Shown here: positions 7,369 through 16,461 of the stretch, piece by piece | Layout of the letters: every line of letters begins with the position of its first letter | Position numbering within the stretch: position 1 is the stretch's first letter | Origin: an uncultured virus (IMG/VR IMGVR_UViG_3300043446_000587) | Lineage: Duplodnaviria > Heunggongvirae > Uroviricota > Caudoviricetes | Length of the DNA: 20,000 nucleotides | IMG/VR virus record: IMGVR_UViG_3300043446_000587 | Strand: one strand, 5' to 3' | Made by a program: the position numbers and the translations under genes | The notes under the pieces: generated by a model | What the model saw: the letters and a program-made list of their open reading frames with translations, nothing else | Told to the model about the DNA's origin: nothing | Databases searched by the model: none

Positions 7369-10300
7369 GGCTTCATTCCGAAGTCTTCTTTGAACGTCAA
7401 GAGCAGGTCGCGTTTGATTGCGTTCTGGTAAAGCATCAACTCGTCGATCTGCTCCTTGCGTTCGCGTGGCGTAATCTCGTCACTAGGCATAGCGCGCACC
7501 TCGTTGAGCTGTTGGCGCACCTTACGCAAGCCACGGTTGATCTGCTTGTTGTAATACTTCACAATGTCAGCTTCATCCGGATTGTTAGACACATACTCGT
7601 CGTACATGTCTGGGCGGCTTTCCTTCATCGTGTTGAGCTTCTGTTCGATGCCCTTGATACGATCTTCCACCCGTGCAAATTCACGCGCATCAATGTTGGA
7701 CTTAGCACCAACGAATCCACGCACAAACGGCACTTCGTTGCGTACATCGAAGTCTTTGCCACCACCCATGACCTGAGTCAAGCCGTAGCCCATCGAGGCA
7801 ATCTGAGCCATACCGTCGATATAGTTACTAGCCAAGAACATCATGGTGTTCGGGTTCATGTCCACCGAGCCGTTGGTAATATCAAACAGCAAGCGCGCAG
7901 CATCCTTGTACATGCTTGGTGTGCTATCACTGCCCATGTAGGCGTCACCGTAGCGTGACTGACGGTCGTTGTAGATAGAGCGGCCCAGACCATCGAGGTT
8001 CATCACAAACTCAAACAGCGGACGAGTCAACGATGGGTTCAGCGTGTCAGCGATAAAGGGCAGTGGCTTCTCAAACATGTTGATCTTGGAAATGGGCAAC
8101 GGCAGATAGTTGTCCATCATGATCTGGCGGATGTTGTCGAAGTTGGTTGCCAGAGAGTCCCGACCCATAGTCATAGCTGCCATCTGTGCGCCAATAGCCG
8201 CAAACGCGCCGTGACCGAAGCCCCAACGAATCTGGATTGGGTTATCAGACCAAGGCACAAAGAACCGTGCGTTGCGGGTCCAGCGCGCTGTGTCGTCGAT
8301 AGCAACCTTGTTGCGGCCTTCTTCATCGTCACCAGCCATCATGTATGACATGTAGTACATCATCATGCCCATGCCGACCAGACTCATAATCATGTGACGG
8401 GCATTCTCAGCTTCACGCTTGAGCTGCTTAAGCGCCTCATCAGTACGGCGGCTGACTTCAGCATCAGTCAAATTCTTGTCGCTGTTACGCAGGAACTGAC
8501 CGTACTCTGCGCGGAACATCTCTTCACGCTCCTTGATGATTCCCTTGCCGGGAAGTAACGTGCCACTCACGCCGTACAGACGCAAGGCAGGCATGATCGC
8601 TTCAATCGCACGATACGCACCAGTAGCCGCAGGACGGAAGAACATGAACAGCGCACCCGCTGCCTTGCCCCATTCACCAGTCTGCTCAAAGTTAGCCAAG
8701 TTTTTAGTCTCGGCAGCGGCTTTCACTTTTGCGTCAGCCAGAGCTTCAGCATCGGATTTGAACCGTCCGCTCTTCTTGTTTTCAGCGAAGTATTGAGAAC
8801 GCAAGGCGCGATACGCCCCGACGCGGCTGGAGAGTTCCAGCGTGTCGTTATACATGTCTACATAGTTGTCAACGAACTCTTTGGCACGAGTGCCCTTGCC
8901 ACGGTTCAAGTCACGCGACAGTTGTTCTTCGGCGCCACGGGCAGACACGGCTTGCAGGTATGACACCTTGCCACCCATATCCACATACTCTTTCAGGTCG
9001 CGGTAGTACTGCTGTTCTTTTGTAAGCTGGTCGTAGGGTTTGGTCCCACCAGCCAAGCGGTTCAATTCTGCGTTGTTACCTTTACCAGACAAGTACGCAA
9101 ACTTAGCCGACTTAGCAATACCGCCGTTGAAGAAGATGTCATCAGCAGTTTGACGAATCAACTGGAAAGACTTGCTTGGGCCGTACTTAGCACCAAGGTT
9201 CCATGCGTTGGTCAGCAAGTCAGTCAAGAAGTTCACTGGACCGAACGCAGGGTTGTAGCGAGTGTGGGTCTGACCCATCAAGCTGGTGTAGCGGTCAAGC
9301 GTGTCGATGATTGGGTTTGCTGTGCGATATGTACGACGGATAGCCTCTGCCTCCGCAGCGGAGGTCAGGTTGATAACCGCGATGCGTCCATCTGGCTCAT
9401 AGTGGAAGATTTTGCCGGGACCAGCAAGGTCAGCCTTTTCCACGTTGTCGATGTAGCGGTCACGGAAGTCAATGTACTTGATCTCACCCTTCAGGATGCC
9501 AGACTCGACGGCGTTCTTAATAGCCAGCGTCAGGTCAGAGCGACCAGCGCGCAGCGCAGAGCCACTTGCATCAGCCATCACTTGCAAGATAGGGTTTTCA
9601 GATTCAGACTTACGACCCTCAAACGCATTGGTCATGTCTTGGAACTCACCGCCGATCAAACGAGAACCCATATCCAATTGATCGTCGATTGTGCGCTGGC
9701 CCTTGCGACCTTTGAAGGGGATATAGTTTTTATACCCGTAGAACTTGGAAATATTCTCAACAGGCTGCGACCAATAGTTGGCCTCTTGGTTGAGGTCCTT
9801 GGTCTGGTCCATGACTTTGCTCAAAGACTTCCATACGGCATCAATTTCTTTCTGGAGCTCTGGACGGTCAAACTGTCTGCGAATGTCAGCAATCTCATCC
9901 GCGCTACGACCCTCTGCGCTCACGCCGTCACCGATGACGCTGTAGTTGGCGTTGTTCACATCGTATGTCTCGTCGTTTGTTTTGGGCGCGCGCATGTCTG
10001 GATTGTTCTTGGCGTCGTTGACCACGGTCTCAAGTGCCGTACGCAGCTGCGCGATGGTCTTGGCATCGTATTTTTTATTCTCTGCCAATAGACTCTTGAT
10101 CTCGCGACGCAACGCTTCGGCGCTGTAGGTCTTGCCCTTGTACTCATCACCCATGATGCTGTCCAGACGATACACCTTGCGGGTGTCATCCAGCGGAACA
10201 CTGAACAAGAACTTCACCATACGACGCTCAGGCTCGTGGCGAGCTTCCATAATCAAGTGCAGTTCTGCGAGCGCATCGTTAACAGAGATGCCACGCTTCT

Positions 10301-13300
10301 CGGCGTAAGCACCAATGTCGCCCTCCAGCGCCTCGGTCAGATAGCGCATGCGGGAGTTGAAGAGGTTCACACCCCTGCCGATGGCGAATGTAAGCTGGTC
10401 GTAAACGTTGTTCAGTTTGGGGCCAAGGCGCTCAACCATGCCTAGACGGTCAGCAACCTGCTGGATACGGCGAATACCTTCTCGGCTGTTTGCAAACTTG
10501 CGCACCATAAGGTTGTAGCCCTCGTACGACATCAAGTTCTTAATCAGCGACTTAGCACCGCGCTCTTTAATCTGCACCTGCTTCTTGTAACCTTCACGGC
10601 GTTGGTCTGACGACTGGGTTGGCATGACAGGCGCAGCCATAGTTGACCCCAGAGGAGCCATGTCGATACCACCTTTGGGCGCAGACACAACATAGTCAAA
10701 CGCTTGGAAGGCTTCCAACAGAGCGGACGTACCGCCTTGGAACTTAGCAATGTCAACGCCTAGCAACTCAGCAATGCTACGGACAAAGTTTCTCCATGCG
10801 CTAACTTCTCCGGGGACCAGAGAGTCTTCACGTGGGATGGCAATGTTATTGAGTTCAGTCTGGAATGCCTCGTTGGTCATCGCCTCGCTCAAGAACTCAT
10901 ACACGTTTGTGTAGGCATCTGGGAACTTTTCGCCAAGCTTGTTCTTGGTGATGTTCATCAGGTATGTGAGGTGCTCCGCCGCATCTTCTTGTTTGTCGGA
11001 CAGCTTGTTTTGTGCCTTGGTGTAATCGTTGAGCACCTTGACAGACGCAGCGTGAACCAGCTCGTGCAACATGGTGCGCTCAGTCTTGCCAGCCTCAGTG
11101 ACACGAATCACATCTGCCTTGGGGTCGTACTCTGCCACGCGTCCGTCTGGGAGCGATCTGACAAACTCTAATTTAGTATTCAGCTTGAGCTGACCAATAC
11201 GCTTAGCCACCTCTCTCAGAATAGGAGAGACATTCTTTGATGTCTTGAGATAGTTGAGCGCTGCTAGCAGATTGCCATTCTCGACTTGTTTCTTGATCTG
11301 GTTTGGCAGCTCGGCTTCTTTGACCTTGGACTCAGGCTTGCCGTGGACTTCATCCGCAATAGCAGCCGCCGCTGCGTCAAACGACTCAGCGCTACCGTCC
11401 TTGGTCATCTCAACCACCCGTGCTTGTTGGGCGGGGGTCAGTTCACCAAACGCAGGGACTTGGCGTTTAGCGTTGTCAGCCTGCTCGTTGTGGTACTCGC
11501 GTGACGCTTCAAACTCGTCGATGAAGTCTTGGCTGACTTCTGGCGCGGCTTGTTCTTCTACTGCTGGGGCAGTTTGTCCTTGCAGTGCGGCTTTTACGCG
11601 CTCAAACAGCGCCTTGTATTCTTCTGTATTGGTTACAGGAGCTGTACCTAGAGCGTTGTAAAGGTTGTCGCCAAGGTTCTTTTTGATAGTTTCTTCAGGC
11701 GTGTCTTTAGCATTCCAGTACGGAACACCATTACCGTCAAAACCTATGCTCAGTACCTTTTCTTTGCCTTTGCTATTCAGGAGGCGCAGCGCAATGTTTT
11801 GCGCTTGTTCTTGGTCAATAAGCTCAGTGACTCGTGTTTTACCGTTTGCTAGCGTAGTATCCATTTTGTGATGGATAAACCCAGACTTGTCCTGCCATGA
11901 ATTTTCATCTTCAGGCGCATTTGGATTTGGACGCCAATAGTTTTCTGGCTTTGTTGCATCAGTAGACGGTGGAGGCGCAGAAAAGTCAGGGACGTCTGTA
12001 AGCTCTTCTACTGGAGCGGGTGTGATTCCTTTTCCTTTAGTAGCACCTGCAACATTCGGTCCAGTAGATACCACTCCAGTTCCGTCAGATGGTTGAGGTC
12101 CTCCGGCGGGGGGTGCAACATCACTGGCTGGTGCAGGTACGACAGCGCCTTCTCCACCTGCTGTGGTGTCAGTTTGTCCAACATTTGGTGCTCCTTGCGT
12201 TTTAGAGAGCGCAAACTCATATAGGCGTACCTGTTCCTTTTTGCGTGCAATCTTTTTAAGAATATCTTCTGGCGGCTTTGTACCGCTATCGAGATAAGTG
12301 TTTACTTGCCCTTCCAGTGAAGACAATTCTTTTTTTAATTTTTCACTTTTGGCAGCAACGCTTTTGACTACATCAGGCGTGGCTTTACCTTCGGCAACAG
12401 CTACTAGCGTGTTGAACTGGTTAAAGTTGGTTTCAGCAATCTTGACGTGCGTACCCTTTTGGCCCTTTTCCAAGAAAGTGCCAAGCTTCTTTTCCGCCGC
12501 ATCGCGCAAGTCATACAGTTCACCCATCGGGGTAGCTTCTGCACGGATGTCAGGCGCTGTTTCACGTGGAACTTCTGCCGCAGTTGTTTCACCAGCAAGA
12601 ATCTTGGCGAACTCTGTTTGGTCTGGAGCCTCGGGCTGTGCGCCCAACATGACGTCCTCTGCCTGTGCACGCTCTTGCCCACGCTCTACGAAACGACCGG
12701 GAACGCCCAACGCGCCACCAAGCACCGCGCCGCCGATAAAGTTTTCCAAATACTCTTTGCGTGCGGCTTCGTCAGTAATATTCAGGCCAGCTTGCAAGCG
12801 TTCAAACACCTGCTGCGCGGCTTCAGTTGTACCTTCAATACCAGCGGTCTTGCCAGTTTTGAGGGTGTAGTCCACCACAGTATCTTTAAGAGTACGCTCA
12901 AGAATCTGCTTGGCTTGCGCTTCAGTCAACTTCTCGCCAACAGAGCCAAACAGTTTGCCCAGACCGGGGACCATACGCAATGACAGTGTGTCTAGGGCCG
13001 CTTGAGGGATAGACGCTAGCACGGCGTTACCAAGGTCAGTCTCAGACAGACGCTTGCCTTCTTGTATCTGACGAGACAAGTTTGAGCCAGTAAATTGTGC
13101 AGCGGACGCCAGACCAGTAGCGCCAAGCGTAGCCAGACCAGCGGGAGCAACAGCAGCGGCGGCAACAGGAGCGGCAATATAGGGCAGTGAACCACCAGCC
13201 AGCTCTTTGAACTTGGTCCAAGGTGCTTCATCCCAACCTTCTTCGGTAGGCTTGAATGTGCGTTTTTGGTATTCCTCTTGCTCGGCGCGAATCTGCTCGG

Positions 13301-13559
13301 CTTTCTCTGGAGAGATGATGCCAGTTCTACCTGCTAGGGTAGCAAGGTCCTCGTACGCACCAGACGCACCAGCTTTTAAAGCGGGAATAAAACCCGACTC
13401 GCCTTGCGGTTCGACTGGTTTAGGCGGCGCAAAATCAAGCGGCTCCATAGCGCTGAAGTGCGCCATCGCCAAGTTACGCAGGGACGTTTTACTTAATCCC
13501 TTGGGAGCCTCCAGATCGTAAACCTTGCCGTCTGGACCTCTTACGGTGTACGTTGCCAT
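7365..13559 (-). CDS. Large internal virion/DNA-ejection protein (polyvalent type) with zincin-like HExxH domain and LPD38-like C-terminus
   Basis: 2064 aa with AAGGA RBS. Hydrophobic Gly/Ala helices near the N-terminus; MLHELVHA followed by YEFLSEAMTN; C-terminal hydrophobic helix followed by WTRNARFFVP...IRWGFG...RPLFEFVMNLDGLGRSIY. Last gene of the virion operon. Confidence 0.75.
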   Translation of the reverse strand: MATYTVRGPDGKVYDLEAPKGLSKTSLRNLAMAHFSAMEPLDFAPPKPVEPQGESGFIPALKAGASGAYEDLATLAGRTGIISPEKAEQIRAEQEEYQKRTFKPTEEGWDEAPWTKFKELAGGSLPYIAAPVAAAAVAPAGLATLGATGLASAAQFTGSNLSRQIQEGKRLSETDLGNAVLASIPQAALDTLSLRMVPGLGKLFGSVGEKLTEAQAKQILERTLKDTVVDYTLKTGKTAGIEGTTEAAQQVFERLQAGLNITDEAARKEYLENFIGGAVLGGALGVPGRFVERGQERAQAEDVMLGAQPEAPDQTEFAKILAGETTAAEVPRETAPDIRAEATPMGELYDLRDAAEKKLGTFLEKGQKGTHVKIAETNFNQFNTLVAVAEGKATPDVVKSVAAKSEKLKKELSSLEGQVNTYLDSGTKPPEDILKKIARKKEQVRLYEFALSKTQGAPNVGQTDTTAGGEGAVVPAPASDVAPPAGGPQPSDGTGVVSTGPNVAGATKGKGITPAPVEELTDVPDFSAPPPSTDATKPENYWRPNPNAPEDENSWQDKSGFIHHKMDTTLANGKTRVTELIDQEQAQNIALRLLNSKGKEKVLSIGFDGNGVPYWNAKDTPEETIKKNLGDNLYNALGTAPVTNTEEYKALFERVKAALQGQTAPAVEEQAAPEVSQDFIDEFEASREYHNEQADNAKRQVPAFGELTPAQQARVVEMTKDGSAESFDAAAAAIADEVHGKPESKVKEAELPNQIKKQVENGNLLAALNYLKTSKNVSPILREVAKRIGQLKLNTKLEFVRSLPDGRVAEYDPKADVIRVTEAGKTERTMLHELVHAASVKVLNDYTKAQNKLSDKQEDAAEHLTYLMNITKNKLGEKFPDAYTNVYEFLSEAMTNEAFQTELNNIAIPREDSLVPGEVSAWRNFVRSIAELLGVDIAKFQGGTSALLEAFQAFDYVVSAPKGGIDMAPLGSTMAAPVMPTQSSDQRREGYKKQVQIKERGAKSLIKNLMSYEGYNLMVRKFANSREGIRRIQQVADRLGMVERLGPKLNNVYDQLTFAIGRGVNLFNSRMRYLTEALEGDIGAYAEKRGISVNDALAELHLIMEARHEPERRMVKFLFSVPLDDTRKVYRLDSIMGDEYKGKTYSAEALRREIKSLLAENKKYDAKTIAQLRTALETVVNDAKNNPDMRAPKTNDETYDVNNANYSVIGDGVSAEGRSADEIADIRRQFDRPELQKEIDAVWKSLSKVMDQTKDLNQEANYWSQPVENISKFYGYKNYIPFKGRKGQRTIDDQLDMGSRLIGGEFQDMTNAFEGRKSESENPILQVMADASGSALRAGRSDLTLAIKNAVESGILKGEIKYIDFRDRYIDNVEKADLAGPGKIFHYEPDGRIAVINLTSAAEAEAIRRTYRTANPIIDTLDRYTSLMGQTHTRYNPAFGPVNFLTDLLTNAWNLGAKYGPSKSFQLIRQTADDIFFNGGIAKSAKFAYLSGKGNNAELNRLAGGTKPYDQLTKEQQYYRDLKEYVDMGGKVSYLQAVSARGAEEQLSRDLNRGKGTRAKEFVDNYVDMYNDTLELSSRVGAYRALRSQYFAENKKSGRFKSDAEALADAKVKAAAETKNLANFEQTGEWGKAAGALFMFFRPAATGAYRAIEAIMPALRLYGVSGTLLPGKGIIKEREEMFRAEYGQFLRNSDKNLTDAEVSRRTDEALKQLKREAENARHMIMSLVGMGMMMYYMSYMMAGDDEEGRNKVAIDDTARWTRNARFFVPWSDNPIQIRWGFGHGAFAAIGAQMAAMTMGRDSLATNFDNIRQIMMDNYLPLPISKINMFEKPLPFIADTLNPSLTRPLFEFVMNLDGLGRSIYNDRQSRYGDAYMGSDSTPSMYKDAARLLFDITNGSVDMNPNTMMFLASNYIDGMAQIASMGYGLTQVMGGGKDFDVRNEVPFVRGFVGAKSNIDAREFARVEDRIKGIEQKLNTMKESRPDMYDEYVSNNPDEADIVKYYNKQINRGLRKVRQQLNEVRAMPSDEITPRERKEQIDELMLYQNAIKRDLLLTFKEDFGMKP
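12008..12184 (-). CDS. Candidate overprinted small gene nested out of frame in the 2064-aa gene (58 aa)
   Basis: AAGGAG (12196-12191), 6 nt spacer, ATG (12184); TAG at 12010-12008. Product MLDKLTPQQVEKALSYLHQPVMLHPPPEDLNHLTELEWYLLDRMLQVLLKEKESHPLQ. Confidence 0.65.
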   Translation of the reverse strand: MLDKLTPQQVEKALSYLHQPVMLHPPPEDLNHLTELEWYLLDRMLQVLLKEKESHPLQ

Positions 13560-13573
13560 ACTTGGTTTCCTTT

Positions 13574-16000
13574 TTACGAGAACAGGTCAACGTCAACGTC
13601 GTCGGTATCTTTAGATTTTGATTCAGATAAAGCGCCGGGCAAGAAACGACCAACGTTTTGTTTCTCTAGATGGCGTAAGAACTGTTCCTGTGTCATACCT
13701 TTATCCTTGAGCTCTTTTGGTACTCGACCACCATAGACTTTATCAAAGATATTTAATGCATGAGTAGCCGCTTTTTCTTGCGCGCGGCCTGTTGCTTTGA
13801 ACACTTCCAAGTCCATGCGGTTGCCTGTCGCGCCAGCACGAGCTGACAAGATGCCTTCCTTTACCTTGTTCGAACGAATCTGCTCGTTGAGCTGTGCTTG
13901 TTGCAGCTTGCGGGTTTCAAGGCTGTTAGCCAAGTTAGCGGCAGTCTGCTGGTCGCCTTTCTTGAGCGCCACTTCGTACTTGGTCATCTCAAGATTCATC
14001 TTCATGGCGTTGTCTTTAGCAGCACGTGCCAGACGATCTGTCTCGGCGGCAGACTCGTACAGTGTTGGCGATGCAGCAGCAGCGCTCTCCAACAGGCCAC
14101 CCAGACCGGGGCGGCGCGCTTGACCGGGACGTGCGGCATTTGCAGCCATATTGAAACCAAATGCGGCTAGAGCTTTACCCAAGCCAGCTTTTTTGATTTC
14201 TTCTGAGTCCTTGGCATTTGCTAGCAGCGTGTCTTTAATACTCTTGAGCTGGTCCTTAGACGAGCTTGTCAGTTTGTCCAAGAACTTGTTGTAGTTATCT
14301 TCGAACGTGTCGCCTTGTCCCATTGCTTCTGCAATACCACGGGCTTCTGCCACCGAAGGATGCCCGTCAGCTTTAGGTTTGGATTTTCCAGCGCCCGTAT
14401 CTTCACTCAGCGTACCCATGTAATCTTCACGGCGGGTGGCTGTAGCACGATCAAATTTATCTGCTACGGCGGCAGGTTCTGACTTTGCTTCTGGTTTACT
14501 AGGACGGCTAAAACCGTAGCCGGGGTACGACACAATATGTTTAGGAATATCGGCAAGGAAGCTACCCAAGGAGCGCATTTGTTCGCCATAAGACATGGGC
14601 TTACCTTCGTCGCCGCCTTCAGCAAACGCAACCATGCCACCACTAGCAGCACGGATCATGTTGTCTTGGGACTCCGCAGGCAGCTGGTCAAACGCATAGC
14701 CTAGACCGCTGTTGATAGAAGCATTCTGCGCGCGCATCTCGTCGTTGCTAGCCAAAAGCTGGTCAACATAGGCCGCTGTCTCAAAGTCACGGCGCGCCAG
14801 AGCAGCCTGTTTAGCGCGGAACAAAGCCTCGGTATTGCCACGAATACTGTCGAGCTTGTCTTCAATAAAGTCCGAACTAGTAACAGAGCCACGGTCTCCG
14901 GCATAAGTCTTAATCTCGCCGCCTTTGGCTTTATTAGCGGCGTTGTACAGACTAGACAAGCCCAGAGCACCGACACCTAGACCGGCGGCCTGACCCAGCA
15001 AACTGCCGGGAGCTTGATACATCTGAGTTGTAGACTGCTGACCCAATGGCAAGCCACGGATCATATCGGACATGAACCCCAACTGTTTGTATGGGTAGTT
15101 CTGCTCGTCCATGAAGTCTTGATAAGCCTGAGTCAATCCTTGTTGACGTAGCGCCTGCTGTTGCGCGCCGTATGCAGCCTGCAACTTGTTGATGTCCATG
15201 CCTTGCTGGAACTGCTGACTGCCTAGAGCGCCGAGCTGACCTGCACCGGTAAGTGCGGTCTGAAGTCCTTGCATGCCAATGTTTGCTCCAAACTGACGTG
15301 ACTGTTCGCCAAGCTGTTGAGCCTGCATAGCACGTTGTTGGTCGGCGTTGAACTGATTGGCGGCTTGCGTGTAAGCGTCCTGCAAGCCTTTTGACATGAT
15401 GTCGCCCTGCTGAATGCCCAAGTTACGCTGGCGCTCGGCCTCAACCAAAGCTGAACGGGAGCCACCAAACGCACCTTGGCCTACGGCACGAGCCGCATTC
15501 TGCTGCCCCATAATATCAGACGCACGTTGCGCTTCACGCAACTGGGGAGCCAAAGCCTGCTGAATAAACGGACTCATGTACTGAGCTGCTTCTTGCCCGC
15601 CAAACTGCCCGCCGTAGAACTGACCGCCTTGATAGTTTTGCCCCAGCCCACGCAAAGCAGCTTGCCCAGCAACTTGACCGCCCAAGCCAGTCAAACCAGA
15701 TGTCTGCATACCGGCAGCTTGCTCCTGCGCCTGCTGTTGTAAGGGACTAAATCCAGCAAAACGGGGCTGGTCGTATCTTTGGTATGGTTTTTCTGAAAGC
15801 GCCGCTGTTTTTTCTAGGGTGCTCTTAGCATATGGGCGCGCCCACTCAGGTAGTTCGTTAATCTGAGTTTGTGTTCCAGTGGAAGAACCTCCGCCGCCCC
15901 CGCCACCGCCAAGAACCATGCCGCCATCCGCTTTGCGGTAGGTAGCGCTGTCTCCAAGGGGTTCACCCATAGCATAGAGTTGTCTGCGAGAGTAGCTCAT
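13574..16000 (-). CDS. Internal virion/DNA transfer (ejection/pilot-like) protein
   Basis: 808 aa, Gln/Gly/Ala rich and helical. G8 run near the N-terminus, LPEWARPY, YMSPFIQQAL and GAFGGSR motifs. Located in the virion operon with ATGA coupling to the GNAT. Confidence 0.7.
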   Translation of the reverse strand: MSYSRRQLYAMGEPLGDSATYRKADGGMVLGGGGGGGGSSTGTQTQINELPEWARPYAKSTLEKTAALSEKPYQRYDQPRFAGFSPLQQQAQEQAAGMQTSGLTGLGGQVAGQAALRGLGQNYQGGQFYGGQFGGQEAAQYMSPFIQQALAPQLREAQRASDIMGQQNAARAVGQGAFGGSRSALVEAERQRNLGIQQGDIMSKGLQDAYTQAANQFNADQQRAMQAQQLGEQSRQFGANIGMQGLQTALTGAGQLGALGSQQFQQGMDINKLQAAYGAQQQALRQQGLTQAYQDFMDEQNYPYKQLGFMSDMIRGLPLGQQSTTQMYQAPGSLLGQAAGLGVGALGLSSLYNAANKAKGGEIKTYAGDRGSVTSSDFIEDKLDSIRGNTEALFRAKQAALARRDFETAAYVDQLLASNDEMRAQNASINSGLGYAFDQLPAESQDNMIRAASGGMVAFAEGGDEGKPMSYGEQMRSLGSFLADIPKHIVSYPGYGFSRPSKPEAKSEPAAVADKFDRATATRREDYMGTLSEDTGAGKSKPKADGHPSVAEARGIAEAMGQGDTFEDNYNKFLDKLTSSSKDQLKSIKDTLLANAKDSEEIKKAGLGKALAAFGFNMAANAARPGQARRPGLGGLLESAAAASPTLYESAAETDRLARAAKDNAMKMNLEMTKYEVALKKGDQQTAANLANSLETRKLQQAQLNEQIRSNKVKEGILSARAGATGNRMDLEVFKATGRAQEKAATHALNIFDKVYGGRVPKELKDKGMTQEQFLRHLEKQNVGRFLPGALSESKSKDTDDVDVDLFS

Positions 16001-16461
16001 AGTGGCTCCGTATTCAAAACTTTCGAGAATAGCTTGTCGGTAAATGTGTACCCAAGATATTCAAACAAACGAGAATTGTCGAGGAAAACCTTTGTGTGCA
16101 TGATGACACGGTTCACCCCTTCTTTTTTAAGCACGTCTTCTGCGAACTGGAACAGACGGAGTCCCACACGTCCCTTGCGGTACTCTTTCTTCAGATAATA
16201 AATATCCTCAAAGGCAGTCAAGCAAGTTCTGTAATGTAAGTGTGGTTGCACAATAAAAATTGCGTAACCAATAAGCTGATTATCCTCTCTAACCGTGATG
16301 CAGCGCAACATGCCAGCCACGTGCATTCGTCCAAACGCTTCGTAATCTGGGGCTAGAGGGAAGTCCTTGCAGGGGCAAAGCTCTTCGTAGTGTGACGGCA
16401 GTATCTCCCTGAGGGCGTCAATGAAGTCGCCCGGGTCTTCAGTTTGATACGTTATCGTCAT
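15997..16461 (-). CDS. GNAT-family N-acetyl/acyltransferase
   Basis: 154 aa. LIGYAIF strand, EDIYYLKKEYRKGRVGLRLF (acyl-CoA binding motif A), SRLFEYLGY (motif B). Confidence 0.85.
   Translation of the reverse strand: MTITYQTEDPGDFIDALREILPSHYEELCPCKDFPLAPDYEAFGRMHVAGMLRCITVREDNQLIGYAIFIVQPHLHYRTCLTAFEDIYYLKKEYRKGRVGLRLFQFAEDVLKKEGVNRVIMHTKVFLDNSRLFEYLGYTFTDKLFSKVLNTEPL

Noticed and set aside
7353..13521. Long + strand ORFs opposite the 2064-aa gene (e.g. 7353-7958, 9150-10091, 12298-12870, 12447-12983)
   Set aside because: Antisense shadows expected from codon bias, with no recognisable motifs.
15887..15910. GGC-type repeat as a phase-variable or slippage tract
   Set aside because: Mixed Gly codons indicate selection at the protein level rather than a pure DNA microsatellite.
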